In this document: one piece after another, positions 11,021 through 22,706 of the stretch
Position numbering within the stretch: the stretch's first letter is position 1
Layout of the letters: every line of letters starts with the position of its first letter
Sequence record: CM051313.1
Length of the DNA stretch: 32,000 nucleotides
Strand: one strand, 5' to 3'
Program-made: the position numbers and the translations under genes
The notes under the pieces: generated by a model
Database searches by the model: none
Told to the model about the DNA's origin: nothing
Seen by the model: only the letters and a program-made list of their open reading frames with translations

Positions 11021-11110
11021 ATTATATTACTAACTAATTTTAAAGCCAGACAAAGCTTTACAAAAACGTGTAAAGCTTTGTCTGGCTTTAAAATTAGTTA
11101 GTAATATAAT
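11021..11110. repeat. Perfect 42-bp-arm inverted repeat (90 nt hairpin or cruciform) between trnT and trnC
   Basis: The left arm 11021-11062 is the exact reverse complement of the right arm 11069-11110. The loop is aaaacg. The right arm abuts the 3' end of trnT (11111). Confidence 0.95.
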
Positions 11111-11183
11111 AGCTTGCTATCGGAGTTGAACCGATAACCTTCGGTTTACAAAACCGATACTCTACCGATTGAGTTAAGCAAGC
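11111..11183 (-). tRNA. trnT: tRNA-Thr (anticodon UGU)
   Basis: The reverse complement gcttgcttaactcaatcggtagagtatcggttttgtaaaccga... has anticodon loop TTTGTAA and T-arm ATCGG-TTCAACT-CCGAT. Confidence 0.92.
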
Positions 11184-11478
11184 AATTTGTAGGTAATTTG
11201 ATTTTATATATAATATATATATATTGTTCTATAAAAAAAGTCAATTTTTTTAATATCTCAAACATTTGATAATTTTTTCTCTAAATAGCATAAAGAAATT
11301 ACACTTAGTTAGTATTTATTTGTAGCTATAGCTTTGAAAAGGAAAGAAACTTTATATAGGCAATGTACTTCGTTTAGTTTATAAATTTTAAGTTTAATTT
11401 ATTAACTAAATTAGGTATGCACTAAAAGAAAACACATTAATTAATCCCGTGTTGTCCCATTTTTGTTTTAAATGTAAT

Positions 11479-11550
11479 CAGGCCCAGTAGGAATCGAACC
11501 TACATTGACGGCTTAGAAGGCCGCTGTCCTATCCATTGAACGATGAACCC
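11479..11550 (-). tRNA. trnR: tRNA-Arg (anticodon UCU)
   Basis: The reverse complement gggttcatcgttcaatggataggacagcggccttctaagccgt... has anticodon loop CTTCTAA and T-arm GTAGG-TTCGATT-CCTAC. As read, the acceptor stem contains three G-U pairs, including pair 1-72. Confidence 0.85.
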
Positions 11551-11712
11551 ATATTCTATTGTTAATATATTCTAGAGGAGATATATTAACTTTTAAAAAC
11601 CACTTACTTGAGAATTCCATTTACTATAATATAACATAGTATTCTTCATAATAAAAGTTTAGATAAATCTAAACACGACCTGATTACATAAATATTGAGC
11701 TTAATAACCAAG

Positions 11713-11737
11713 CAGTTGGTGGTAGTACCACCAACTG
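11713..11737 (-). terminator. rpl20 3' hairpin
   Basis: cagttggtggta / taccaccaactg is a near-perfect palindrome 21 nt downstream of the rpl20 stop on the minus strand. Confidence 0.55.
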
Positions 11738-11757
11738 TTAAGAAAAATTAACCATAA

Positions 11758-12108
<351 letters not shown>

Positions 12109-12822
12109 TCAATTTTTAATGCTAGGGTAATAAAAAGGCACGTCTGCGGGAAGATTAATTGACTCTGCTTTGAAGAACTCCAATTTATTTACTAGATAAA
12201 CAAGTTAAGCAGAAACAGTGAAACTGCAACAGACGATTGGTAAACACAGGATAATAATTACTTCCATTTGTTCTTTAAGTTAATACCTTTATTAAATTAA
12301 TGTGCGGCGTACGCAGATTACGTAAAAAGTTTATCAGTAGTAAGTATGTATCTTTATATTACCGTTAAGAAGTGAATACACAACCAATTACCTAGAATTA
12401 TTTTAGCATTTATTTCTTATAAAGGATTTATTATTCACACCATTTAAATCATACAAGTTATTACAACTTTGTAGTTTTAAATAGGTTTACCAAATATGGA
12501 GTTTAAACTACTAAACTGAACTAAATTTTCGCTATCACCTTCAGGTATAGAAATGCATTGCAGCAAAAACTCAAATTTACTTCTTAAGCAAATAAAGTCT
12601 AATCAGAATAAATAGACCTTCTGTTAAAAAGGTAAGAGTACACCATTAAAGCTTAGTTTCTAAAAGAGAAAGCTAAAGTAAACATTTACGAACAGTTCAA
12701 GCGGAGGATAAATATTTTTCCTTTATATTTATGAAGAGTATACCAATAACACGTAGAGAAAAGGGTAAAAAGAATACCCAATGGCAAAAAAATCTGTTAC
12801 CTATATTTTTAAAATTTTTAAA

Positions 12823-12909
12823 CGGAAAGGGAGGGATTCGAACCCTCGGTGACCGCGAAGCCACGCCAATTTTCAAAATTGGTGCAATTAACCACTCTGC
12901 CACCTTTCC
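12823..12909 (-). tRNA. trnS: tRNA-Ser (anticodon UGA), long variable arm
   Basis: The reverse complement is ggaaaggtggcagagtggttaattgcaccaattttgaaaattgg + variable arm cgtggcttcgcggtcacc + T-arm GAGGG-TTCGAAT-CCCTC. Confidence 0.92.
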
Positions 12910-13219
12910 TACAAATAATATAATGTATTATTACCATAAAAAAATAAAAAAATCAAGCTTACTGTAGAATATAGATGTTTTTAACCTATTAAAATAACTT
13001 TAGCGAGCTGTTGGTGCTTAACTTGTTCTTAAGTTACAAAATACACTTTGTGGGTAAGCAAACTTGCTAACATCTCAAAGCACATAAGGACCTAGGCTCA
13101 TAAATGCCCTTTTAGGGGCTATACAGCAGCTTTAGTGACTCTTAACTGCCATTGTTGTTCAATCCGAAACCTAAAAAGGTTAAACCAGCCACTTTTACAA
13201 CAAAGTACATTAGGAAAAA

Positions 13220-13292
13220 CACGCCCTGTAGGAATTGAACCCACGACATCAGGTTTTGGAAACCTGCGTTCTACCGACTGAACTAAGGACGT
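13220..13292 (-). tRNA. trnW: tRNA-Trp (anticodon CCA)
   Basis: The reverse complement acgtccttagttcagtcggtagaacgcaggtttccaaaacctg... has anticodon loop TTCCAAA and T-arm GTGGG-TTCAATT-CCTAC. Confidence 0.92.
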
Positions 13293-13549
13293 AAAATTTG
13301 TTATTATAATTTTTATCATGGTATTATTTTAATGTCAATCAGAGTATTTCACTACAAATTGATTTTATTGATATAGTTGTTAATCATGGGTTAATTTGTC
13401 TTGAATTTAGTGATTTTATATTAAGGGATACCTTGTAGTGATATCCCTTAATATAAAAACGAATATATATGTAACCTGCGGTCAAGCTATAGACCAGTTA
13501 GAGTAATATCTTATGCAAGCTACACAACTAAAAGATGAATTCCATATTA

Positions 13550-15124
13550 CTAACTATTACTTTCTTGCGTTTGTGTACTATCACCTACTAAACTAGCACG
13601 ACTTTCTAATAAACGTTCTTGTTTACTATCATGATAACTCCAAACTTGATTTGTCATTTCTACAATACTATGCATTACTTCATTTGTTGCAATTTCATCA
13701 GCTAAACCATAATAAATTGTTTCCATTGCAGTTAAATAAAAATCACGATCTAAATCACGTAAAATTTTATGTCTTGGTCGGTACGTTGATAAAGAATAAA
13801 TTTCTGCTACATCTAAACGAATTTTCATAATTTCTTGACTATCAATCCAAATATCTGAAGCTTGTCCATTTAAACCACCTTCAGGTTGGTGAATCATAGT
13901 ATGACAACCTTCAGTAACATAACGTTCACCAATTGTACCACCAGCTAAAGCTAAAGAAGCAGCAGATGCAGCTACACCTAATGCTAACGTTAAAGAACCT
14001 GCTTTAATAAATTGTAAAGCATCATGTACAGTAATACCATTACCTACAGAACCGCCAAATGAGTTAATAATCATGAACACTTTCTTAGATTCTTCTTCTT
14101 GAATAACGCGTTCTGTTTGTTTACGATATAAAGAACGACCTGATTCATTATTTAATGCACCTTGATCAAGGTAATTATAAGCTTTTAAAGCTTTACTATT
14201 CGATAATCCACCAGAACCTAAACGTTCTTGAACATAACGTTGTTTTAAACGACGTTGACCTAATGCTTTTTCAGACGAAGCTACAAGCTTTTCAGGGCTT
14301 TGTAATCTATTCATTAATTCTTTGTGTGATAAATTATCAATTAATTTTTTTGTAAAAGGTTGGTTTGTATTTTGTGTACTAGTTTTTAATAGTGAATAAA
14401 TTTCTGCTAAATTTTGATTAGGGTGTTCTAAATTATAATTTTGAGGTGCAAAATTAGCTAATAATCTAAATGGAGAATATACATCTAAATTTTGTTTTAC
14501 ATTTTTTGACCCTGTTGAAAAATTTTTTAGATTTTTTAAATTTTTAATTAATTTTGTCATTTCAGCAGGATTTTGAAAAGCTTGTTTATTCGCAGAAGAT
14601 TTAGCAAAATTTAAATTAGCAGAATCTTTGTCTTGATTAGGTGAAAAATCTTTAGATAAAATATCAGCTAAATAGTATAAATAAGGTTCATCAGAATAAT
14701 CAAAAAACTGTGCGTTCCAGTTTAACCATTCCGTTGTAATTTTTTGTAAAGTATATTGTTCTAACAGGTGATTTTCTTCAATACCAAAATCATTATCTGA
14801 AGTTAATAAATCTTCCACAGATTGACGTTTTGCACTAGCGCCGCCAGATAAATTTTCTTTTTTTACTGTATCTTTTCCTTTTGTTTTTGCGGTGCCACTT
14901 TTAAATAATCCACTTTTTTCCATTTCTTTTTTTTCCAACTCTTTAGAACGATCTTCCATATGGATATTAATTAATAAACCACAAATTTGGTTACATAATT
15001 CATCATCTAAATATTGCATTAAAAATACCATACGACGACGGAAAATAAAGTTATAAATATCAGTCCACTGTGCAGGTAATTCTTCACCCCAACAATAAAT
15101 AATACGAGGTACTCCAATCGGCAT
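13550..15124 (-). CDS. clpP: ATP-dependent Clp protease proteolytic subunit with a large in-frame insertion
   Basis: 524-aa ORF. The N-terminal block MPIGVPRI...FLMQYLDDELCNQICGLLI and the C-terminal catalytic blocks are separated by about 287 non-homologous codons. The catalytic blocks are FMIINSFGGSV, GVAASAASL (Ser), MIHQP (His) and LDRDFYL (Asp). Confidence 0.95.
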   Translation of the reverse strand: MPIGVPRIIYCWGEELPAQWTDIYNFIFRRRMVFLMQYLDDELCNQICGLLINIHMEDRSKELEKKEMEKSGLFKSGTAKTKGKDTVKKENLSGGASAKRQSVEDLLTSDNDFGIEENHLLEQYTLQKITTEWLNWNAQFFDYSDEPYLYYLADILSKDFSPNQDKDSANLNFAKSSANKQAFQNPAEMTKLIKNLKNLKNFSTGSKNVKQNLDVYSPFRLLANFAPQNYNLEHPNQNLAEIYSLLKTSTQNTNQPFTKKLIDNLSHKELMNRLQSPEKLVASSEKALGQRRLKQRYVQERLGSGGLSNSKALKAYNYLDQGALNNESGRSLYRKQTERVIQEEESKKVFMIINSFGGSVGNGITVHDALQFIKAGSLTLALGVAASAASLALAGGTIGERYVTEGCHTMIHQPEGGLNGQASDIWIDSQEIMKIRLDVAEIYSLSTYRPRHKILRDLDRDFYLTAMETIYYGLADEIATNEVMHSIVEMTNQVWSYHDSKQERLLESRASLVGDSTQTQESNS

Positions 15125-15341
15125 AAATTACTTTGTTAATAAAATGTTGTGTTTTATTAATACTAGTCTAATATCCTAGTAGATACAGCTTTTATTTGCA
15201 CGTAAATAAGCTCTGCGAGTGCTACTGTAAAAATTAAAGTACCGTTTACAGGCTCCTTTGAAGCAAATAAAAATTTTAAACCAAAATGGTTTAAAAAATA
15301 GATAAATTCAAACAAATATTGGCTCTACGTTAAACTTAAAA

Positions 15342-15423
15342 TGCCTTCGGCCGGATTTGAACCGGCACGCCTTTCAGCACTGGTTCCTAAAACCAGGATG
15401 TCTACCAGTTCCATCACGAAGGC
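15342..15423 (-). tRNA. trnL: tRNA-Leu (anticodon UAG), long variable arm
   Basis: The reverse complement is gccttcgtgatggaactggtagacatcctggttttaggaaccag + variable arm + T-arm GCCGG-TTCAAAT-CCGGC. The acceptor is GCCTTCG/CGAAGGC. Confidence 0.92.
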
Positions 15424-15780
15424 TAAAAAATATTACTTTTATAATATCATACTTAATTTTTTTTGTCTAGTTAAAAACACTAAATGTGTTAAATGCATAC
15501 ACAATTTTTTGTTTAGACTAGAGACTTGGGGTTAGTTCCGATCCTTTAACCAGAATATAACTATGGTTAATTTATCGCTACCCCTTAGCAATGGGACAAC
15601 GGGGGATCTGGCAGAAACCGCCTTGTCGAAATAAATAGCACACTCTTGCATATCTATATTTTAAGATGTCAGCTTTTTGATTCATTGAGTTGTATATTGT
15701 ATTTACTTTACTAGGGTGTTTATATATTCCTTTTTGGGGTTGCCCAGATAGTTATATAACCAATCACAACAACAGTAAAA

Positions 15781-15835
15781 ATTGAAGTTTATTTACCCAA
15801 AGGGGATACACCCCTTTGGGTAAATAAACTTCAAT
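15781..15835 (-). terminator. petB 3' perfect 25-bp hairpin built from an SDR unit
   Basis: attgaagtttatttacccaaagggg (15781-15805) is the exact reverse complement of 15811-15835, with loop ataca. It lies about 85 nt downstream of the petB stop on the minus strand. Confidence 0.6.
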
Positions 15836-15920
15836 GGCCAACTGCCTTGGAAACTTACGTAGCAGCCTAAAAAAAGCTAGTCTTATATCCGAAGCAAGTA
15901 AAAGAAATGGATATTAAATA

Positions 15921-16568
15921 TTATAGAGGACCTGAAATACCTTGTTTACGAATCATTAAGAAGTGCATTAACATGAAAACAGCTGTTAAAAGTGGTAATA
16001 CGAAAGTGTGTAAACTGTAGAAACGTGTTAAAGTTGCTTGACCAACACCAACACCACCACGTAATAACTCAACAATGAAACCACCAACACCTGGAATTGC
16101 ATCAGGAACACCTGTTACAATTTTAACCGCCCAGTAACCAACTTGGTCCCATGGTAATGAATAACCTGTTACACCAAAAGAAACTGTACATACAGCCATG
16201 ATTACACCTGTAACCCATGTTAATTCACGTGGACGTTTGAAACCACCTGTTAAATATACACGGAAAACGTGTAAAACCATCATAAGAACCATCATACTAG
16301 CTGACCAACGGTGAATTGAACGAATTAACCAACCAAAGTTAACATCAGTCATAATGTATTGTACTGATGCGAAAGCTTCTGCTACTGTTGGACGGTAGTA
16401 GAAAGTCATAGCAAAACCAGTAGCTACTTGCACAAGGAAACATGTAAAAGTAATACCACCAATACAGTAGAAAATATTTACGTGTGGTGGAACATATTTA
16501 CTTGTAATATCATCAGCAATTGCTTGAATTTCTAAACGTTCTTCAAACCAATCGTATACTTTACTCAT
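15921..16568 (-). CDS. petB: Cytochrome b6
   Basis: Uninterrupted 215-aa ORF starting [35 protein letters not shown], with conserved heme-ligand histidines. Confidence 0.98.
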
Positions 16569-16790
16569 ATAAAATTTTTATAAGATTGTGACATGACCAT
16601 TAGGCTTTCTTAAGACTAAAAAAATGTGTAGCTTAATTATTTAAAGTTTAAATTAAAGTTATAATATATATTATATATAAAATAAAAAAACGTTAGTAAT
16701 TCAAAAGTTTTAATGTTATACAATTGAACTATTATGTATTAAATATAAGAATGTCACCTCTTACAATATTTCTATACTCCAAAGTAACTT

Positions 16791-17428
16791 TTTACATAAA
16801 TGTCCCCTCTGGGGCTGCCTCCTTCCCCTTCCCCTTCGGGACGTCCCCTTACGGGACGTCAGTGGCAGTTGCCTGCCAACTGCCTAATATAAATATTAGT
16901 GGACGTCCCCTTCGGGCAAATGAATTTTAGTGGATATTTATATACAATAAATAAATTTGTTGCCTGCCAACTGCCGATATTTATATACTGCGATAAACTT
17001 TAGTTGCCCGAAAGGGTTTACATACTAGGCAGTGGCGGTACCACTGCCACTGGCGTCCTCCTTCGGAGTATGTAAACATTCTAAGTTTACTTGCCCGAAG
17101 GGGAAGGAGGCAGTAGCGGTACCACTGCCACTAAAATTTATTTACCCGAAGGGGACGTCCTAATATAAATATTGGGCAAGTAAACTTAGAATAAAATTTA
17201 TTTGCTGCGCTAGCAGGTTTACATACTAGGCAGTGGCGGTACCACTGCCACTGGCGTCCTCCTTCGGAGTATGTAAACATGCTAAGTTTACTTGCCCGAA
17301 GGGGAAGGAGGACAAATTTATTTATTGTGGTACAATAAATAAATTGTATGTAAACCCCTTCGGGTAACTAAAGTTTATCACGGCAATAAGTTTCTGCTTA
17401 CGCAGTATTATATAAGAAGTTGGCAGGA
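16791..17428. repeat. SDR array in the divergent petB / chlL spacer
   Basis: Contains a 96-bp direct repeat (17015-17110 and 17216-17311, 1 mismatch). It also contains modules shared with 3979-4146. Confidence 0.92.
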
Positions 17429-17579
17429 TAAAAATGTGTAAGTATGGCAATCTTTTAAAATAGTGTTCAATTCATTTAAGGCAGATAAAAAGAAAAAAGT
17501 CCACAGGATTTAATTTTGAATAGTTCTCTATCCAAAAAAGGTTTGCCGAACAATGTATTTATTCCTGGAGTTTGATTTT

Positions 17580-18461
17580 ATGAAATTAGCTGTTTACGGA
17601 AAAGGTGGTATTGGAAAATCAACGACAAGTTGTAATATTTCGATTGCTTTAGCAAAACGTGGTAAAAAAGTGTTACAAATTGGTTGTGATCCTAAACATG
17701 ATAGTACTTTTACATTGACAGGGTTTTTAATTCCAACCATTATTGATACATTAAGTTCTAAAGATTATCATTATGAAGATATTTGGCCCGAAGATGTTAT
17801 TTACGGAGGTTATGGGGGTGTAGATTGTGTTGAAGCTGGAGGACCACCTGCCGGTGCGGGGTGTGGTGGTTATGTTGTAGGTGAAACGGTAAAACTTTTA
17901 AAAGAGTTAAATGCTTTTTTCGAATACGATGTTATTTTATTTGATGTTTTAGGTGATGTTGTTTGTGGTGGCTTTGCTGCTCCATTAAACTACGCTGATT
18001 ATTGTATTATTGTAACTGATAATGGTTTTGATGCTTTATTTGCTGCAAATCGTATTGCAGCTTCAGTTCGTGAAAAAGCACGTACACATCCATTGCGTTT
18101 AGCGGGTTTAATCGGAAATCGTACATCAAAACGTGATTTAATTGATAAATATGTAGAAGCTTGTCCTATGCCAGTATTAGAAGTTTTACCATTAATTGAA
18201 GAAATTCGTATTTCACGTGTTAAAGGCAAAACTTTATTTGAAATGTCAAATAAAAATAATATGACTTCGGCTCATATGGATGGCTCTAAAGGTGACAATT
18301 CTACAGTAGGAGTGTCAGAAACTCCATCGGAAGATTATATTTGTAATTTTTATTTAAATATTGCTGATCAATTATTAACAGAACCAGAAGGAGTTATTCC
18401 ACGTGAATTAGCAGATAAAGAACTTTTTACTCTTTTATCAGATTTCTATCTTAAAATTTAA
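17580..18461 (+). CDS. chlL: DPOR iron protein subunit L
   Basis: NifH-like protein with P-loop GKGGIGKST and Fe-S cysteine context [10 protein letters not shown] / VCGGF. The start is placed at [10 protein letters not shown] (Met10 of the 17553 ORF) because family N-termini begin there, giving 293 aa. Confidence 0.95.
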   Translation: MKLAVYGKGGIGKSTTSCNISIALAKRGKKVLQIGCDPKHDSTFTLTGFLIPTIIDTLSSKDYHYEDIWPEDVIYGGYGGVDCVEAGGPPAGAGCGGYVVGETVKLLKELNAFFEYDVILFDVLGDVVCGGFAAPLNYADYCIIVTDNGFDALFAANRIAASVREKARTHPLRLAGLIGNRTSKRDLIDKYVEACPMPVLEVLPLIEEIRISRVKGKTLFEMSNKNNMTSAHMDGSKGDNSTVGVSETPSEDYICNFYLNIADQLLTEPEGVIPRELADKELFTLLSDFYLKI

Positions 18462-18865
18462 TAAGAATAAAGCAGCTTTAAATACTTTCCTGTTTATAAT
18501 TTAGGAAATTAAATGGATATTTGTTGAACCTAATCCCCTGTTGGATACCCATTGGTAGTTAATTGCCACTGCCTGCTTCACCTTACAAAATGTATGGACA
18601 CAAAACGGCTAATAAATACAGACTCCCGGTGGCATTTGTTGGCTGCTTCGCCCTGAAAGGAGAAAGTGATTTCTTTCCTTATTAGCTAATCTATTCTTTT
18701 TCCTGTTTTGGTAAATAATAGCGTCCTCATATCCATATCTATAACAAAAAGTTAAATGTTTTAATTTTAAAAGTCTTTTTTACATTAATAAACACTTTTA
18801 ATTGATGGGACATCTTTAGTTTTTAAAATAAATAAAGATGCACCCTCAAACTGTCAGTTCATTAA

Positions 18866-19039
<174 letters not shown>

Positions 19040-19050
19040 AAATCTACTTT

Positions 19051-19497
19051 AGGAAGCCCCTTTCCCCTTCCCCTTCGGGACGTCCCCTTCGGGATTTTAA
19101 TGCAATAAATAAATTCGTCAGTGGCAGTTGCCTGCCAACTGCCGAGGCAAATAAATTTTAGTGGACGTCCCCTTACGGGAATATAAATATTAGTGGCAGT
19201 TGCCTGCCAACTCCCGATATTTATATACTCCTAAGTTTACTTGCCTAGGCAGTTGGCAGGCAACTGCCACTGACGTCCTTCGGAGTATATAAATATCCCT
19301 AAGTTTACTTGCCCGTAAGGGGAAGGGGAAGGAGGCAGTTGCCTGCCAACTGCCTCCTTACGGAGTATTAAAATAGGCAGTGGCGGTACCACTGCCACTG
19401 ACGTCCTAATATAAATATTAGGGCGTCCCGTAAGAGGACGTCATAGGCAAGTAGACTTAAGGAAGCCAGTTGATATTTATTTACGCCAAAAGGAGGT
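19051..19497. repeat. SDR array downstream of rpl36
   Basis: Contains ccccttccccttcgggacgtcccc, ggcagttgcctgccaactgcc and ggcagtggcggtaccactgcc. Confidence 0.9.
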
Positions 19498-20230
19498 AAG
19501 TAACCTATGTTTCGCTATTTCTGTCTAAATGATCTAACTTCTATTTTGGGAGGTAGATCATTTAGAGAGTTATTCGTAAAAGGAATATGAATATCCCCGA
19601 CGGAAAGCGATTGGTAATTCAACCCTTAGGAGGCTGTTAAGCCTTGCACATAATCGGAAGGAGATACGAATATGATCCTTAACAGAGCTACATTATCGCC
19701 CTATTTTTTATATAAAGTGGTCTTGAGGTCACTGCTACTGACATCTTGCAAATGCACTTAAGATACCTAAGCACTTGTCGTCTTTGGATAAATAAATTGG
19801 AACTAGATAAATAAACGCCGTTGGGGTCTATACTGTATCTTTAGTTAACAGTTAAAACTTTAATGTCTACATATTTAAAACAAGCATTTAACAATAAAAT
19901 AAAAAAACTTTGCTTTTTTTGAATGTTAGATTATAATTACTAAAGTTCCCTTTTATTTTAAATAGAAAAAAAAACTTATTAACGTCTTTTGGAGGATTAC
20001 ACATACTGTAAAAACGCCAATTGTAGTCAAAATCTAGATTCTGGTTAGGCAATAGAGGATATTTTCTTTTCCCTGTGGAATCTATAACTATAGCTGCTAT
20101 ACAGACCCGAAAGAAAGCAAGATATACTGGTCAGGAACTAAACTTCTCTGTTCCTAAGAAGTTTACATACCACAAAAAACAACGGTATTACTTGGTTTTA
20201 AGTTGTATTTTAAAATAAATGTTTGGTTGA

Positions 20231-20608
<378 letters not shown>

Positions 20609-20619
20609 TGGCTGATTTA

Positions 20620-20715
20620 AAATAGGCAGTGGCGGTACCACAATAAATAAATTTGTCCTCCCAAGAACAACAAAAGATATTTTTAAACTCTAAGTTTATT
20701 TGCCCAAAGAGGCAG
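20620..20715. repeat. Short SDR patch after rpl23
   Basis: Contains aaaataggcagtggcggtaccacaataaataaatttgtcc and taagtttatttgcccaaagaggcag. Confidence 0.8.
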
Positions 20716-21046
20716 AGAAACATTGTACCAGAAATGACAGCTTTTGTAGTTTAGGGATATACATAGCCAAAGCTCTAGGATCTATCCAAAAATCACTGTC
20801 ATGCCGCCCCTCAAGGGGAATCAGTAGACTTTACAGTGTATCCCTTTACCGGTATAGTAATCTTTTGCTTATTTTAGAAGCAAGTATCATATAAATAAAA
20901 TTGTAAATAAAAAATATACTTAATTTTTTAATAAAAGGGTTATTTTTCTAATAATAAATCTAGCTATTAAGTGGTAACCTATCTATCGGCTAAACCCTTT
21001 AATATGCAAAGGCCCGTTTAAGGTGCCAATGTGTAGTTGAAAAACA

Positions 21047-21510
21047 CCTTTCCCTTTTCCCCTGCGGGACGCCAGTAGATAAATATCGGCAGTTGGCAGG
21101 CAACAAATTTATTTATTGTCCACTAAAATTTATTTACCCGAAGGGGACGTCCTTCCCCTTCGGGCAACTAAACTTAGGAGTATATAAATATAGGACGCCA
21201 GTGGCAGTGGTACCGCCACTGCCTGCTTCCTCCTTCGGAGTATGTAAACCCCTTCGGGCAACTAAAGTTTATCGCAGTATATAAATATAGGATTTTAATA
21301 CTCCGAAGGAGGCAGTTGGCAGGCAACTGCCACTAATATTTATATCCCCGTAAGGGGACGTCCTATTTTAATACTCCGAAGGAGGCAGTTGGCAGGCAAC
21401 TGCCACTGACGTCCCGTAAGGGGAAAGGGACGTCCTGCCAACTGCTGAGGCAAATGAATTTTAGTGGCAATGTTACCGCCACTGGCGTCCCGTAAGGGGA
21501 AAGGGAGGAG
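21047..21510. repeat. SDR array, rpl23-rpl2 spacer
   Basis: Includes a 101-bp module (21191-21291) with 1 mismatch to 31371-31471. Confidence 0.92.
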
Positions 21511-21606
21511 CTCGAACGAGGTTCGTTAGTGGTCCACTTTTAATTGTTTGACTCCTCATGAGAGCTGAAAGACAGGCTGTAAATTTTATTAGTACCTAAT
21601 CTATAA

Positions 21607-22470
<864 letters not shown>

Positions 22471-22510
22471 CTAATTAAAGATAGGTCCATTAAAACAAGT
22501 GGCCTCTTTT

Positions 22511-22706
22511 GGCTATTTATTTACCCCCTTCCCCTTACGGGACAATAAATAAATTTGTTGGCAGGCAACAAATTTATTTATTGTATATAAATATCGGCAG
22601 TTGGCAGGCAACTGCCACTAATATTTATATTCCCGTAAGGGGACGTCCACTAAAATTTATTTGCCCGAAGGGGACAATAAATAAATTTGTCCTGTAAAGG
22701 GACGTA
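22511..22706. repeat. SDR array downstream of rpl2
   Basis: Contains ccccttacgggacaataaataaatttgttg, ggcagttggcaggcaactgcc and aaaatttatttgcccgaagggga. Confidence 0.9.

Noticed and set aside
12697-13319. ORFs overlapping tRNA genes: 12697-12903 -, 12731-12967 +, 13119-13319 -, and also 15341-15535 +.
   Set aside because: Each is explained by a clean cloverleaf tRNA (trnS, trnW, trnL) plus A/T-rich flanks. None has protein-like features.
14155-14355. Antisense or alternative-frame ORFs inside real genes: 14155-14355 in clpP, 17999-18229 in chlL, and 25574-25756 and 25660-25842 in rpl14.
   Set aside because: They are embedded in well-supported CDSs on the other strand or frame and have no independent support.
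14087-14947. The clpP insertion as an intein or as a group I or group II intron.
   Set aside because: The frame stays open throughout. There is no GTGYG start or domain V-like hairpin, and no obvious intein block signatures such as a junction Cys/Ser with a terminal His-Asn. I cannot fully exclude a degenerate intein without an HMM search.
16791-17428. Possibility that the repeat arrays are CRISPR-like arrays or MITE or transposon insertions.
   Set aside because: The repeats are not regularly spaced around unique spacers and occur in both orientations as a shuffled motif vocabulary. There are no cas or transposase ORFs, and no clear terminal inverted repeats with target-site duplications. 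They match the known plastid SDR phenomenon instead.
17553-17579. Nine-codon N-terminal extension of chlL (MYLFLEFDF) from the longest ORF.
   Set aside because: ChlL and NifH family proteins begin right at [15 protein letters not shown], and the extension is hydrophobic and A/T-driven. It cannot be strictly excluded without N-terminal data.
20700-20894. 64-aa ORF downstream of rpl23.
   Set aside because: It begins inside an SDR unit, has atypical codon usage and has no recognisable family.
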